Shown in pieces: positions 13,104 through 25,905 of a stretch of 64,000 nucleotides of DNA. Source of the DNA: Octopus sinensis (taxonomy: Eukaryota). The stretch is taken from assembly GCF_006345805.1 (NCBI RefSeq), contig NC_043003.1:11284001-11348000 (forward strand). The letters are read 5' to 3'. The translations under genes and the position numbers were made by a program. The stretch's first letter is position 1. The number at the start of each line of letters is the position of its first letter. Under the pieces are notes generated by a model, which saw nothing but the letters and a program-made list of their open reading frames with translations, did no database searches and was not told the DNA's origin.

Positions 13104-13121
13104 TATCTTTCTCTTTATAAA

Positions 13122-13513
13122 TCTCTCTATATATAAAGCTGAAGTTGTCTGTGTATGGCAGGTTTGGTAGCCTTCAACTAACACTATCTCCTCCAAGACC
13201 CTGCAGCACAAGTTGACCAAAATTGAGAGTATGATAGAAAAAGGCTTGCTCTTCCTTCCGTAGAAGAAAAAATTCAAATCGGACCATATTAACACCAAAA
13301 ATTATTTACATCAAAAAGGTGCTTTTTTTCTATGAAAATCCCTATTTCTTACGATTTTTTGACTGCTGTGTCGCCATTTTTCAGTGTATTTCAACCAGAA
13401 AAATATTCACTTAAAGAGAATAACAATCTACATAAGGCAAAATTTTTACTTTTCAAAAATTCCAATTCTAAAGGGTCGAAACAAACCTGAGCAACACCAG
13501 GCGATACTGCTAG
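13122..13513 (+). mobile_element. Non-autonomous Helitron
   Basis: 5' TC and 3' CTAG, inserted between A and T with no TSD. Subterminal hairpin cctg-agcaacac-cagg. A second copy lies at 37455-37839. Confidence 0.85.
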
Positions 13514-14526
13514 TGTCCTATAAATTCCTCACAGCCTTGGTTTTGTTGACTAATTTTATTTAACATATATATATATATAGTTCAAATTTATAGAAAAACT
13601 AAGATGAAGACAGGTGTATGAACAACAGGTAAGTGTATTAGTTTGATGTTCAGGAAAAATGAAAGAGTCTTTTACATTTCAGCAGAAAGGAATAAGAGAA
13701 AATAAACAAAATAATAGGTGCGGGAGTGGCTGTGTGGTAAGTAGCTTGCTTACTAACCACATGGTTTACTCAACTAAAGGCAGTGCTCCAGCATGGCTGC
13801 AGTCAAATGACTGAAACAAGTAAAAGAGTATCATCATCGTCATCATTACCTTCATCATTTGGGCCGACCAAAGCACCTACTACACTTTCTGAGTGGTTGG
13901 CATTAGGAAGGGCATCCAGCTGTAGAAACTCTGCCAGATCAGACTGGAGCCTGGTGCAACCTCCATGGCTTCCCAGACCTCAGTCAAACCATCCAACCCA
14001 TACCAGCACGGAAAACGGACGTTAAACGATGATGATAATGATATATTGTTTTTTTTTCTGCATGTGTTTGTGTCTGTGTTTGTCCCCCCACCAGCATTGT
14101 TTGATAACTGATGTTGGTGTGTTTGCGTCCCCCATAACTAAGCTGTTCGGCAAAAGAGACTGATAAAATAAGCACCTGGCTTACAGGGAATAAGTCCAGG
14201 AGTCAATTCCTTCGACTAAAGGGCAGTGCTCCAGCATGGGCACTATCAAATGATAGAAACAAGTAAAAGAATACCAGAAGAACGTACCACTAAACCAAGA
14301 AGGTTCTTTGAATATTTACAATGTATTTTAAAGTTAAATAGTAATTCTTCTGTTTACATTTGCATAACTGAGATATTTTGGTTGCATTATGTAGTTATCA
14401 GTTTTACACTTCTTTCTATATTCTGTATTCTGTGTCACAACATAGAAACACTTCTCATGGCACCAGCACACAATTTACAGATGCTTACATTTTACATATT
14501 TTCCGTGAATTTCTCATGGGCCCAGT

Positions 14527-14772
14527 GAGTTATTATTATTATTATTATTATTATTCAGTAGTTTTATTTTTATAGCGTGCTTTCATTTCACTACCAAGCG
14601 CAGCTCTGTGTGCCTTGGGTATGTGCTGTGATTTGTTGTGATGCTCTGATGGTTATTGTATGGAAAGTGTTCTGCGTAGGATGTGTGCAGTGCCTAGAAG
14701 TGCAATTTTCTGTATGTTATATGTGTTTGTAAGTCCTGGTGTTTTTGTTATGTATTTGTCTGAATATATTTT
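14527..14772 (-). mobile_element. R4/Dong-like LINE 3' end in (TAA)n
   Basis: ..NIQKIALLGTAHILRRTLSIQ*, then 3' UTR ending aaaataaaactactg-(aat)n. Confidence 0.8.
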
Positions 14773-14776
14773 TTAT

Positions 14777-15090
14777 TATTATTTTTATTATTATTATTAT
14801 TATTAAAACTCACAGCTTATTTTTCCAGGTATGATGGAAAGTGTCAGCTGTCCACAGCCAGCAGACTCGTTTTACTGGTCATGCTTCAAGAACCCAGCGA
14901 AGAATTCTTGCAGTTCCAAGCAATGCTGATGTTTGTAGGTGTTCCAACTTCACATTTGCACCGATCTTTCCCAGCCATGTTAGTAGTTGAGTGGCTGATA
15001 CTTCCAAGAGCACCAGTTACTATTGGTGTCACGTCTACTCTCCTCATTGACCACAACCTTTGTATTTCCTATTTTAAATCGTTATAGTTG
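14777..15090 (-). mobile_element. Second R4/Dong-like LINE 3' end in (TAA)n
   Basis: YNDLK*EIQRLWSMRRVDVTPIVTGALGS..LLGTARILRWVLEA*, then 3' UTR and (taa)n. Confidence 0.82.
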
Positions 15091-15126
15091 TTTAAATTAC
15101 TCTCTTCATTATTATTATTGTTATTC

Positions 15127-15340
15127 AAGGTAGCAAGCTGGCAGAATCGTTAATATGTCGGGTAAAACGTTTAGAGGCATTTTGTCTGTCTTTACGTTCT
15201 GAGTTCAAATTCTGTCAAGGTTGACTTTGCCTTTCATCCTTTCAGGGTCGATATATTAAGAACCAGTGGACACTGAGGTCAATGTAATCAACTATTACTC
15301 TTCCCCAAAATTTCAGGTCTTGTGCCTTTAGTAGAAAGAA
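15127..15340 (+). mobile_element. tRNA-derived SINE-B copy
   Basis: gcaagctggcagaatcgttaa..gttctgagttcaaattc (B-box-like)..ggggtc..ccaaaatttcaggtcttgtgcc. Confidence 0.85.
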
Positions 15341-15376
15341 TTATTATTATTATTATATCATCATCATCATCATCCT

Positions 15377-15725
15377 AGGCGCAGGAGTGGCTGTGTGGTA
15401 AGTAGCTTGCTTACTAACCACATGGTTCTGGGTTCAGTCCCACTGTGTGGCATCTTGGGCAAGTGTCTTCTACTGTAGCCTCAGGCCACCAAAGCTTTGT
15501 GAGTGGATTTGATTGATGGAAACTGAAAGAAGCCTGTCATATATATGTATATGTGTGGCTGTGTTTGCCCCCACCCCACCCCCCACCATCGCTTGACAAC
15601 TGATGCTGGTGTGTTTATGTCCCTGTAACTTAGCGGTTAGGCAAAAGAGACCGATAGAATAAGTACTAGGCTTACAAAGAATAAGTCCTGAGGTTGATTT
15701 GCTCAACTAAAAGCGGTGCTCCAGG
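15377..15725 (+). mobile_element. tRNA-derived SINE-A copy
   Basis: ggcgcaggagtggctgtgtggtaagtagc..gggttcagtcccac..cttgggcaagtgtc..aactgaaagaagc, internal microsatellite, then 3' part. Confidence 0.9.
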
Positions 15726-15799
15726 ACTATTTTCCAAAACATTAAGGCTCTTTCCTTTCCTTTCAAGCATTAAACTATTACATAATTTGGTAAAATTTA

Positions 15800-16255
15800 T
15801 TCCTTTTTCTCTTGTCTTCTTTTGTTTTGTTTTTATGTGAACTGCCTAATATAGACATGTGTGTGTGTGTGCGTGTGTGTGTGTCTTTTGTACTGTCGTT
15901 ACTGTCCTGTTTTTGTTACCATTTTTACCCCTCCGCAAAAAGATCTCAAATTTTATTTAATTCGCTTTTCGCAGAAATGGAAAGTTTCTATCAAAGATGC
16001 GTCTCGCCTTCACCTTCGAAACGCAGAGTAGATGAAACCATGGCGACTTTCTTTGTGTTATTTGTCCTGTACTCTATTTTTTCGCTGTTTAAGAAAAATG
16101 TCCAGTTCCTTGGTTTTGTGTTTATGTTTTCATTTCTCATTGTGTTCGACGTTTTTTTTTTGGTGTCCTGTACCCATATATGCATGTATATATACATGTA
16201 GAGGTAGGTACGTACATATATGTATGTATTTATGCATATGTTTCATTTATTAATT
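15800..16255. repeat. Unclassified interspersed repeat; second copy at ~38100-38555
   Basis: Long homologous blocks shared by both loci, e.g. ctcaaattttatttaatt..ccttcgaaacg..gtcctgtacccatatatgcatgtatatatacatgtagaggtaggtacgtac. Confidence 0.85.
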
Positions 16256-17005
16256 TATTATATATATATATACCACGGTCAAACCGTCCAACCGATGCTA
16301 GCATGGAAAACGGACATTAAGCATTGATGATGATGATGATGATGATAACATGCACACATATATTAAAATCTGTTTCTGTGTGTAATTATGCATAAAAAAA
16401 CATTAATTGATTTACATGGGAAAGGCTAACAGTAACATCAAAATTTCATCTTAGTTGCCTATCTATTGGTGTACACACACAAACACAAAACTCACACACA
16501 CACACACACACACACGTGTTTGTATACATCTCTCTCTCTCTTTGTGTGTGTGTGTATATATATATATATATACACACACAACATATATACTTGTAAGGAT
16601 GTTATCCATCAAATCAAATCAAACAGTTAATCTTCCCAATAACACTCAAGGTTCCGTAAAGGCCTGAGTTGAAGTCAAAATGCAATGTTCATTATTGAGG
16701 TCAGTTTAGCATTTGATAAAAAAAAAAAACCATAACAAAATAAAATTAATAAAAAAAAAAACCGAATGGTAAATTCCCTTTCCAAAGGAACCTGTCAAAT
16801 GCAGCCATCACAATGCAATCTACTCAAAATATTTTGCAGCCAAGAAATGGCAGATAACTTCTTCTCAAGAACTTTTCAGTGGAATTCTTCTCTTATCCAG
16901 ATGTAATCATGGATTTCATACGAGGGGTTGTGCAAGCTTAACACATGAAGCTTCTCTCTATTTCTTGTGCAATGATGAAGGTAATGATGATGATGGTGGT
17001 GATGA

Positions 17006-17215
17006 TACTCTTACTCTTTTACTTGTTTCGGTCATTTGACTGCAGCCATGCTGGAGCACCGCCTTTAGTCGAGCAAATCAACCCCAGGACTTATTCTTTG
17101 TAAGCCTAGTACTTATTCTATCAGTCTCTTTTGCCGAACCGCTAAGTTACAGGGATGTAAGCACACCAACATCGGTTGTCAAGCGATGTTGGGGGGGACA
17201 AACACAGACACACAA

Positions 17216-17250
<35 letters not shown>

Positions 17251-17396
17251 ACGAGCTTCTTTCAGTTTCCGTCTACCAAATCTACTCACAAGGCTTTGGT
17301 CGGCCCGAGGCTATAGTAGAAAATACTTGCCCAAGGTGCCACGCAGTGGGACTGAACCCAGAACCATGTGGTTGGTAAGCAAGCTACTTACCACAC
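17006..17396 (-). mobile_element. SINE-A copy
   Basis: Reverse complement of the SINE-A consensus, with (TACTCTT) tail. Confidence 0.9.
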
Positions 17397-17899
17397 GCAA
17401 GCATAATGTCTCAGAGCTTATATAGAAATCCAAATAAATGAAATCACCGAGTTCCATGCATGAGTGTGTATGCCAACAGTGCCGAAAAGTACTCTCTCAA
17501 AAACATGCAGAATATCCAGTCAACTTGTGCCAAATTTTCAGCATCCAAACAGCCTCCTCACATCATCTCATTCCAAAACTGAGGAATATTCCCAAAAAAT
17601 TACCATTTACCAATTCTCTATAGCTTGGTGAGCCGAAGCATGTAGACTAAATATTCTTGCTCAACGTTATCATGACCAGGCCTGACTCAAACATTATGAT
17701 AAATTTCCTAGACTCAATTTGAACACGTGTTCGTTTGACATATATTTGAACACTACGTCCACCAAGATGCTTTGCCTCTCCGTTAAATTAATATTTACAT
17801 CAAAAATGTTTAATAAAATTACAATTTATTCTTAATTTACTTTCCACGACTTAATAAAAGATATTTATACCACTTATCAATGAAAAATCTTCTGAAATT

Positions 17900-17997
17900 G
17901 TGTTTTGCCACCACCACTACCATCACCACCACCACCATCATCATCACCATTATCATTCTTCTTCTTCTTCTTCTTTTTCTTCTTCTTCTTCTTCTTC

Positions 17998-18061
<64 letters not shown>

Positions 18062-18264
18062 TATTATTATTATTATATTATTATTATTATTATTATATTA
18101 TTATTTTTATTTACATAATTGTTGCTTTGTTTTATGTTATAATTATTGCTATTATATTTTATTATTATTGTTGTTGTTGCTGTTGTTGTTATCACCTTCA
18201 TCCTCATCCTCCTCCTTCTTCTTCTTCTTTTCTTCTTCTTCTTTTCTTCTTCTTCTTCTTCTTC

Positions 18265-18326
<62 letters not shown>

Positions 18327-18335
18327 TATTATTAC

Positions 18336-18372
<37 letters not shown>

Positions 18373-18516
18373 TTTATTTACATAATTGTTGCTTTGTTTT
18401 ATGTTATAATTATTGCTATTATATTTTATTATTATTGTTGTTGTTGCTGTTGTTGTTATCACCTTCATCCTCATCCTCCTCCTTCTTCTTCTTCTTTTCT
18501 TCTTCTTCTTCTTCTT

Positions 18517-18547
<31 letters not shown>

Positions 18548-18949
18548 TCATTATTATTATTATTATTATTATTATTAAATATTTTAATATTTTTTGGATT
18601 TTTATTTTGTTTAGATTTTTAATTTTACCTTAAAAGATTTAATAAAGGTATTTATTATCAAAGAAAAAATCTTTAAAATTATTTCTTCCTCTGGATTTTT
18701 ATCATTTTCAGATATTAGCTTAACTTTTTTCTTTTCAAATATTAATGCTTTATCTTTTAAAATTTTAAATATTATAATCCCTTTTGAATTTATCTTTTAA
18801 CAAATCTAATTTACCTTTTCAGGCATTTTCAAATTGATAAGCTAATTTTATAAGGATAAAGTGTATTATTATTATTATATTATTATTATTATCATTATTA
18901 TTATTATCATCATTATTATCACTATCATCATTACTATTATTATTATTGC

Positions 18950-18989
<40 letters not shown>

Positions 18990-19182
18990 TGCAAGGTTGT
19001 TTTTTTTTTTGGCTTCTTTTTGTTTGTTTTGTATTTTCGAAAAATTATTTTTAATAAACTTTCCAAACTTTGGAAATTATTACTACTACCATTATCAACA
19101 CCACCAGCACAACCACCACCACCACCACCACCACTACCACCTCTACTACCGCTATCACTACTTCTAGCAGCATCACCATCAG

Positions 19183-19218
<36 letters not shown>

Positions 19219-19299
19219 TGCCATCGTCAGCAACTCCACCATCATCACCATCGCCGTTAAGATGAAGACGATCTCAAAACTTATCGCGACAATCTCCGG

Positions 19300-19332
<33 letters not shown>

Positions 19333-19467
19333 CCATCATCCTTTATATTTTAACCTGGTTGACCTTTATCATCACCACTGTCATTATCCGACACATCAAC
19401 ATCAACAACAACAACAACAACATTAATGTTTCTACCTCCTTCACTGCTCTACCATCACCACATCTGT

Positions 19468-19513
<46 letters not shown>

Positions 19514-20575
19514 GCTGCTTTACTACATAAACACTACCAGTGCCACCTAGTTCATTTGAAATCATCTTTATCAATTATGTCGATGTCCTTGTTGAAATAT
19601 CCATGGTTAGAGGGATCAATATCACCATTATCATCGCCATCATCATCATCATTGTTGTGGTCATTTTTATCATTGTCATCATCATCATCATTTCCATCAT
19701 CAAATTTATCTTGGTCATCATTGTTGTCATACCATCACTGTCATCGTCGTTGTTGTCATCGTCGTTGTTGTCATCGTCATAATCATCGTCACTGTCAGCA
19801 ACACCAAATCTAATATGGCTTGTTATTTTTGTTGTTGTCATCATTGTCATTGTCGTCGTTGTCGTCGTCATCGTTGTCACCACTGTCATCATCATTGTCA
19901 CCACCACCACCACCAACACCACTATCGTCATCATCATCACCATCAACATCATCAATATCATCACCACCACCACCCCGACACAGCCATCACCACCACCACT
20001 GCTACCACCACCAACACCACTACCATCTTCACCACCATTACCATCATCATCGTCAACACCACAACACCACTACCATTATCATCATCAATATCATCACTAC
20101 CAACACAGCCATCACCACCACCACCACCATCATCATCACTGTCATCACTATCATCATCATCATCATCAATATCATCATCAATATCATCACCACCAACACG
20201 GCCATCACCACCACTACCACCACCGCCACCAAAACCACTACCATCATCACCACCATCACCATCATCATTACCACCAACAACAACAACACTAACGTCACCA
20301 CTGCCACCTCCACTACCACCACCACCACCCAACCATCATCATCATCATCACCTCCGCCACCACTACTACCACCACCACCAACTACAACAACATCACCACT
20401 ACCACCACCAACAACAACAACATCACCACCACCACCAACACCACTGCCACCACCACCACCAAAATACCACAGCTGCCACTGCCACCATCACCACCACCAA
20501 CACCATCACCACCATCATCATCGTCATCACCACCACCATCATTATCATCATCATTACCATCATCATCCTTTTTAA
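17900..20575. repeat. Compound trinucleotide microsatellite tract (CAC/CAT, CTT, ATT, CAG, CAA) with an internal 267-bp duplication
   Basis: Directly visible; a unique block repeats at +267 (18146 vs 18413). Confidence 0.95.
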
Positions 20576-20903
20576 CAATGCTCGTCATTGTTGGTTAATA
20601 ACGCAGGTAACCTCCTCAAGAAGAGACCTATGGTTGTAGACATTTTATCTGTGACAATCTTATAAATCTGGGGCAGACCTATCACAATTACTCATGTGGG
20701 TAACAACAAAAGAAGTTGACCTCAATATTATTGAAACGAAGGAATGTATTTCATATAGAGTTGAAATTTACAGAAAAATTAAAGACAAAGATAGATGTAT
20801 GCACAACAAACAGGTGTAATAGTTTGGCACTCAGGAGTGTAAGAAAGTCTTTGATGTTTCAAGCCTATGCTCTTCAGCAGAAAGGAATACAAGAAAATAT
20901 ACA

Positions 20904-21303
20904 GAGTGGCTGTGTGGTAAGTAGCTTACTTACCAATCACATGGTTCTGGGTTCACTCCCACTGCTTGGCACGTTGGGCAAGTGTCTTCTACTATAGCCT
21001 CGGGTCGACCGAAGCCTTATGAGTGGATTTGGTAGACAGAAACTGAAAGAAGCCCGTCGTGTATATATATATATATATATATGTAATTGTGTGTGTATAC
21101 GTTTGTATGTCTGTGTTTGTCCCCGTAACATCGTTTGACAACCAATAATGGTCTGTTTACGTCCCTGTAACTTAGCAGTTCAGCAAAAGAGACCAACAGA
21201 ATAAGTACTAGGCTTCCAAAGAATAAGTCCTGGGGTCGATTTGCTCGACTAAGGGCAGTGCTCCAGCATGGCCGCAGTCAAATGCCTGAAACAAATAAAA
21301 GAA
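20904..21303 (+). mobile_element. SINE-A copy
   Basis: Matches the SINE-A head, core and tail. Confidence 0.9.
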
Positions 21304-22399
21304 TGCATACAAATATGGATGGGCTACATACAGTACTCTGAGTTTCCTCAGCATCCAGACATTGTTTTCCAATCATTAAATGAAGAATTTGTTACATGTG
21401 CCTTGCCAGGAAACTTGGTGAGCTGAGCATGTTTGTATAAATTTTGGTACAATGCCAGCAATTTTGTGGTGTGGGGGGAGGTGGAGCTAGTTAGTTACAT
21501 TAACCCCCAGTACGCCACTGGTACTGGTTTTATTGATTGCAAAAGGATGGAAGGTGAAGCTGACCATGGCAGGATTTGAGTTCAGAAGGTGAAGAGGGAG
21601 GAGATGCTGTTAGGCATTTCGTCTGGTGTGCTAAGGATTGTGTGTGTGTGTGTGCGTGTGTGTGTGTATAGATAGATAGATAAAAAGAGAGAGATTGAAA
21701 AAGATGGCTTGAAAAATACTTGGAACCAAACTTTTCTAGAACAAGACAATGATGAAGAGGAGGAGGAGGAGGATAAAGATAGCACTGAAAGTGAGGGTAG
21801 GATGAAAATGATGACAATGGCAATGGCAATAATTTTGATGATGATCATGGCAATGACGATGATGGTAATGGTGGTGGTGGTGGTGGTGGTGGTGGGGTGG
21901 TGGTGGTGGTGGTGGTGGTGGTGGTGATTGTGGAAATCAACCTCTTTGTCATTATTCATAACCATCATCAACATCATCATCATCACCACCACCACCACCA
22001 CCACCCTTATCATCATTATCATTACCACTACCACTGCCACCATCATCATCGCCATCATCATCATCATCACCATGTCCGTCACCATCATCACCCCATAATG
22101 CTGTACACAAGAACACTTGTGCATACAATGTCCACCAGTAGAGTTTCTCCTGACATTTATTTATAAAGGTCTTGAATTACTCAGAAACTTCATCTTCTTT
22201 CAGACAACAATCACTTTCAAAATGACCATAATAGCTTGGTCAGAACTCAGCGAAACTTAACTTAACAACTGATATACATTATTTACATTCAACAGATATT
22301 TGTCCTCATCTTTTTTGTTGTTAACACGTTTCGGCTGATGTACCCTCCAGCCTTCTTCAAGTGTTTTGGGGAAATTTTAAATATAATAATAATGAAATT

Positions 22400-22682
22400 A
22401 TTGTATACAGTGCTCAAGTGTACCACAACTTGTCAGACAGTGCATATAAAGCATATGCAGTAGTGTACAAATGTCTGGAAAGCGAACAATGCATGAGTCA
22501 GATACATGCTTGTGTGTGTATGGAGGGGAGAAAATCAGGTGTAGTGTTGGCGAATCTCAGGAAGCATGGAAGTTTTGAAGGATGCAGTGCTCCAACAACT
22601 AACAACTGATGCCGGCAGTTTGTTCCATGCTTCAGCAACTCTCAGCGTGAAAAAATGTTTCCTAAAGTCATGGGAAACCTGG
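22400..22682 (-). mobile_element. CR1/L2-group LINE 3' end
   Basis: KHFFTLRVAEAWNKLPASVVSCWSTASFK matches the FFxxRVxxxWNxLPxxVV C-terminal motif. It interrupts a family C Penelope-like repeat. Confidence 0.8.
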
Positions 22683-22760
22683 GTTTGAACCTGGGTTCTC
22701 ATTCCTAAGGTATTTTTGATATAATCATCATCATCAACATCATCATCATCATTATTTTTA

Positions 22761-22926
22761 TTATTATTCAGGTCACTGCCTGGAATCAAATTTGGAATCT
22801 TGGGGTTAGTAGCCCGCCCGTGCTCTTAACCACTATACCATATGCCTGTAGGCATAGTGGTTAAGAGCACAGGCTACTAATCCCAAGATTTCAAGTTCGA
22901 TTCCAGGCAGTAACCTGAATGATAAT
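22761..22926. mobile_element. Head-to-head palindromic pair of short tRNA-like elements
   Basis: Right arm ggcatagtggttaagagcacaggctactaatcccaagatttcaagttcgattccagg has A- and B-box-like motifs. The left arm is its reverse complement; the centre is tatgcct-gt-aggcata. Confidence 0.8.
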
Positions 22927-23139
22927 ATATACAATAATATGTGAGTCTGGGCAAGGTTGTTTATGGAAGACCAGTAGTTGCCCGTGCATACCAACCTCCC
23001 CTCTCCATGCCACCGATTTTATCCAGCGGAAAGGCAAAGGATGATACAGCTTGGCACCAGTGACATCGCAACTCATTTCTACAGCTGAGTGAACTGGAGC
23101 AACGTGAAATAAAGGGTCCTGCTCAAGAACACAAAATAC

Positions 23140-23260
23140 ACAGCCCAAGGTGCACCAATTATTACTTGTATAAATGTGAAGCAATTGTCTGTGGTTATCC
23201 TGTGTCTCATTCATTTCCGAAGAGATATTCACATCAGGGGAACAGCTGATTGCTTTGGTG
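23140..23260 (-). pseudogene. Decayed REL-LINE fragment
   Basis: PDVNISSEMNETQDNHRQLL is homologous to DVNISLKIKEKEDIYGQLL at ~2680. Confidence 0.6.
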
Positions 23261-23438
23261 GTAGATAACTTTTATAGTGGTGTCAGGGTTATCCATTTTT
23301 AGTGGTAACGTTGACTCAATGACACACTATAATTTAGTCAGTATGAGAGAAAAGGGAGTCACTGTTTTTGCTCATAACAAGAGAATAGAATTCACGAGAT
23401 GCTTGTAAAACATCATAACTTTTATTATTGACTGGCTT

Positions 23439-23835
23439 CTGTGTCGGTGGCACGTAAAAAGCACCAACTGATCGTGGCCACTGCCAGGCTCCCCTGGCAC
23501 CTGTGTCGGTGGCATGTAAAAAGCACCAACCGGTCGTGGCCACTGCCAGCCTCCCCTGGCACCTGTGCCAGTGGCACATAAAAAGCACCAACCGGTCGTG
23601 GCCACTGCCAGCCTCCCCTGGCACCTGTACTGGTGGCATGTAAAAAGCACCCACTACACTCACGGAGTGGTTGGCGTTAGGAAGGGCATCCAGCTGTAGA
23701 AACTCTGCCAAATCAGACTGGAGCCTGGTGCAGCCTCCTGGCTTCCCAGACCCCGGTCGAACTGTCCAACCACAAGTTGGACAGTTTGACCGGGGTCTAG
23801 CATGGAAAATGGACGTTAAACGATGATGATGATGT
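23439..23835 (+). mobile_element. (GAT)n-tailed retroposon with three 62-bp tandem units plus a partial fourth at its 5' end
   Basis: Units start at 23439, 23501, 23563 and 23625. Ends catggaaaatggacgttaaacgatgatgatg. Confidence 0.88.
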
Positions 23836-24847
23836 AATGTGTTAACATATGAGGTTAATTGAGGGAAGCTTATAACATTACATGAATATGTTCTGGTTGC
23901 AGTCGCATGTCCCCTAGTGAGAAAGACAAATGCGAGCGTGAGTGGGCGTAAGGTGCAGCAGCTTGACTCAATGCATGTTGAAGAATCAACAGGCACTGAA
24001 TGGTGCGAATTTAAAATTTCTTTCCTTTATATAAAGGATGGACTGGAAGTCCCCGACTTCCACATAAATCCAGAAACTTCCAGGAAGGTCTCGAACATTC
24101 TAGAAGCTTGAGGGAGATTACTCTCATTACATCCCTTTTCTGTTTTGCTTGCCGTCGTAACCACCAGGGGTCACTACATTTTTCTTATCTGTCCCCAAAA
24201 CAACATTATAGCATCTGTTATGTTTACACTTGATAGAAGTCTTGATGGGAATGTTTCATTACTATTCTTTGTGGTGATGTTTATCCATGTATGAATGGCA
24301 ACATCTGGTTCAGGAATTGAACTTGTGCTCTGATCATCATGAACCAAACATCCTAACCACTAAACCATTTATTTCACTAATCACATGAGCATTACCATGA
24401 ACCTCCAGTGTGCCTTTAAAGCTGTGTGCCCAATGGGGGCAAAATTTGATTCAACCAGATTTTACCTTATTGCCATATCACTTCAGCTTCCAAAACTCAC
24501 CTCTACATTTCTTCACTGCTTATTTTTCACCTTTGCATTTTGGTACTGGAGTTAAGACTTTGATACCTTTCTGAACTCACTTCACCTGTTTACCTTACTT
24601 TTTCCAAAAATCCTTTCCAGAGCAACCTTCACTTGCATTTCTCTCTTCTTTTCCTTCTCTCCTATATCTATGATATTTGGTGGGGGGTTTCTATGTTTAA
24701 CTGCATATTATTTCCCTGCTTTGTTTTTCTTCAGACGTTGCACCTGTTATCTAACCTTCTCACTTTTCACCGCTGTTATCATTGTATATGTATATATCCT
24801 TTCACTCTGTTATATCTATCTATCTATATACATACACACATATATGT

Positions 24848-24897
<50 letters not shown>

Positions 24898-24917
24898 TAT
24901 ATATATGTATATATGTA

Positions 24918-24990
<73 letters not shown>

Positions 24991-25444
24991 AGAAGAGACA
25001 GACAGAAAGATAGATAGATAAATATTGATATACACACAGAAACGTTAGCATGCCGGGTGAAATGCTTCGCAGTGTTTTGTCTGTCTTTACGTCCTGAGTT
25101 CAAATTCCAGCACGGTCGATTTTGCCTTTCATCCTTTCAGGGTTGATAAATTAAATACTAGTTGTGTACTGGGCTCAATCTATTTGACTGGCCCCCTCCC
25201 CAAAATTTCGAGCCTTGTGCCTAGAGTAGAAAAGTATGTATGTGTATATATATATATATAGGGAGAGAGAGAGAGAGAGAGAGGTTATGAGAGATAATGC
25301 TCTCATAGTTAAGCTCAAGGTTTGGTTATTAAGCGAATGAGGAGTCCAACATAAGTCATATATCAGCATGCGTATATATAAAAATATTTTCAGAATGCGA
25401 TAAAAATCTAAGGCTGTGAGAGATTTTAGAACATTTATAAATAG

Positions 25445-25492
25445 GTCTTACAGCTGTTTCTGGGATATTTTATACATCCCTTCATCAGAGAC
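25445..25492 (-). ncRNA. Type I minimal hammerhead ribozyme motif (family A), intact core
   Basis: rc: GTCT-CTGATGA-A-GGGATGT(ATAAA)ATATCCC-A-GAA-ACAGCTGT-A-AGAC. Confidence 0.72.
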
Positions 25493-25857
25493 AGTGTGAG
25501 AAAATGGTTAAGCAATTGTTATTTTAGATAAGATATAATATAGAGAGTGAAGTGGAGGAATGAAAATAGAAGTGAGATATGCAGAGATATTGCATCTGTA
25601 GATCCATTATTTAGGCAGAATGGTATACATAGAAGATTCCAATACCTTGTGAGTAATTTCCAATAGTATTTAAAATTGGTCACCCCAAGTATAGACTTTG
25701 TACACGAGGGTTATATTTAAAAGAAAACTCTTATATGTATACCATTTTGCCTAAATGGATCTACATGTGCAATATTCCTGCATATCTCATGTCTATTTTC
25801 ATTCCTCTATTTCACAGCTTATCTAGAATAACAATTGCTTAACCATTTTCTCACACC

Positions 25858-25905
25858 GTCTCCGATGAAGGGATATATGAAATATCCTGGAAACAGCTGT
25901 AAGAC
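25858..25905 (+). ncRNA. Family A hammerhead motif with core mutation (CCGATGA)
   Basis: GTCT-CCGATGA-AGGGATAT..ATATCCTG-GAA-ACAGCTGT-A-AGAC; U4 is replaced by C. Confidence 0.55.

Noticed and set aside
17880-20639. Long ORFs (poly-I/L/T/P/H), and similar ones at 28994-31622, 49176-50465 and 55679-56383
   Set aside because: Translations of trinucleotide microsatellites that lack stops in some frames; no complexity or splice context.
22851-22910. Functional tRNA gene
   Set aside because: No acceptor stem pairing and an atypical anticodon; it is a SINE-like derivative.
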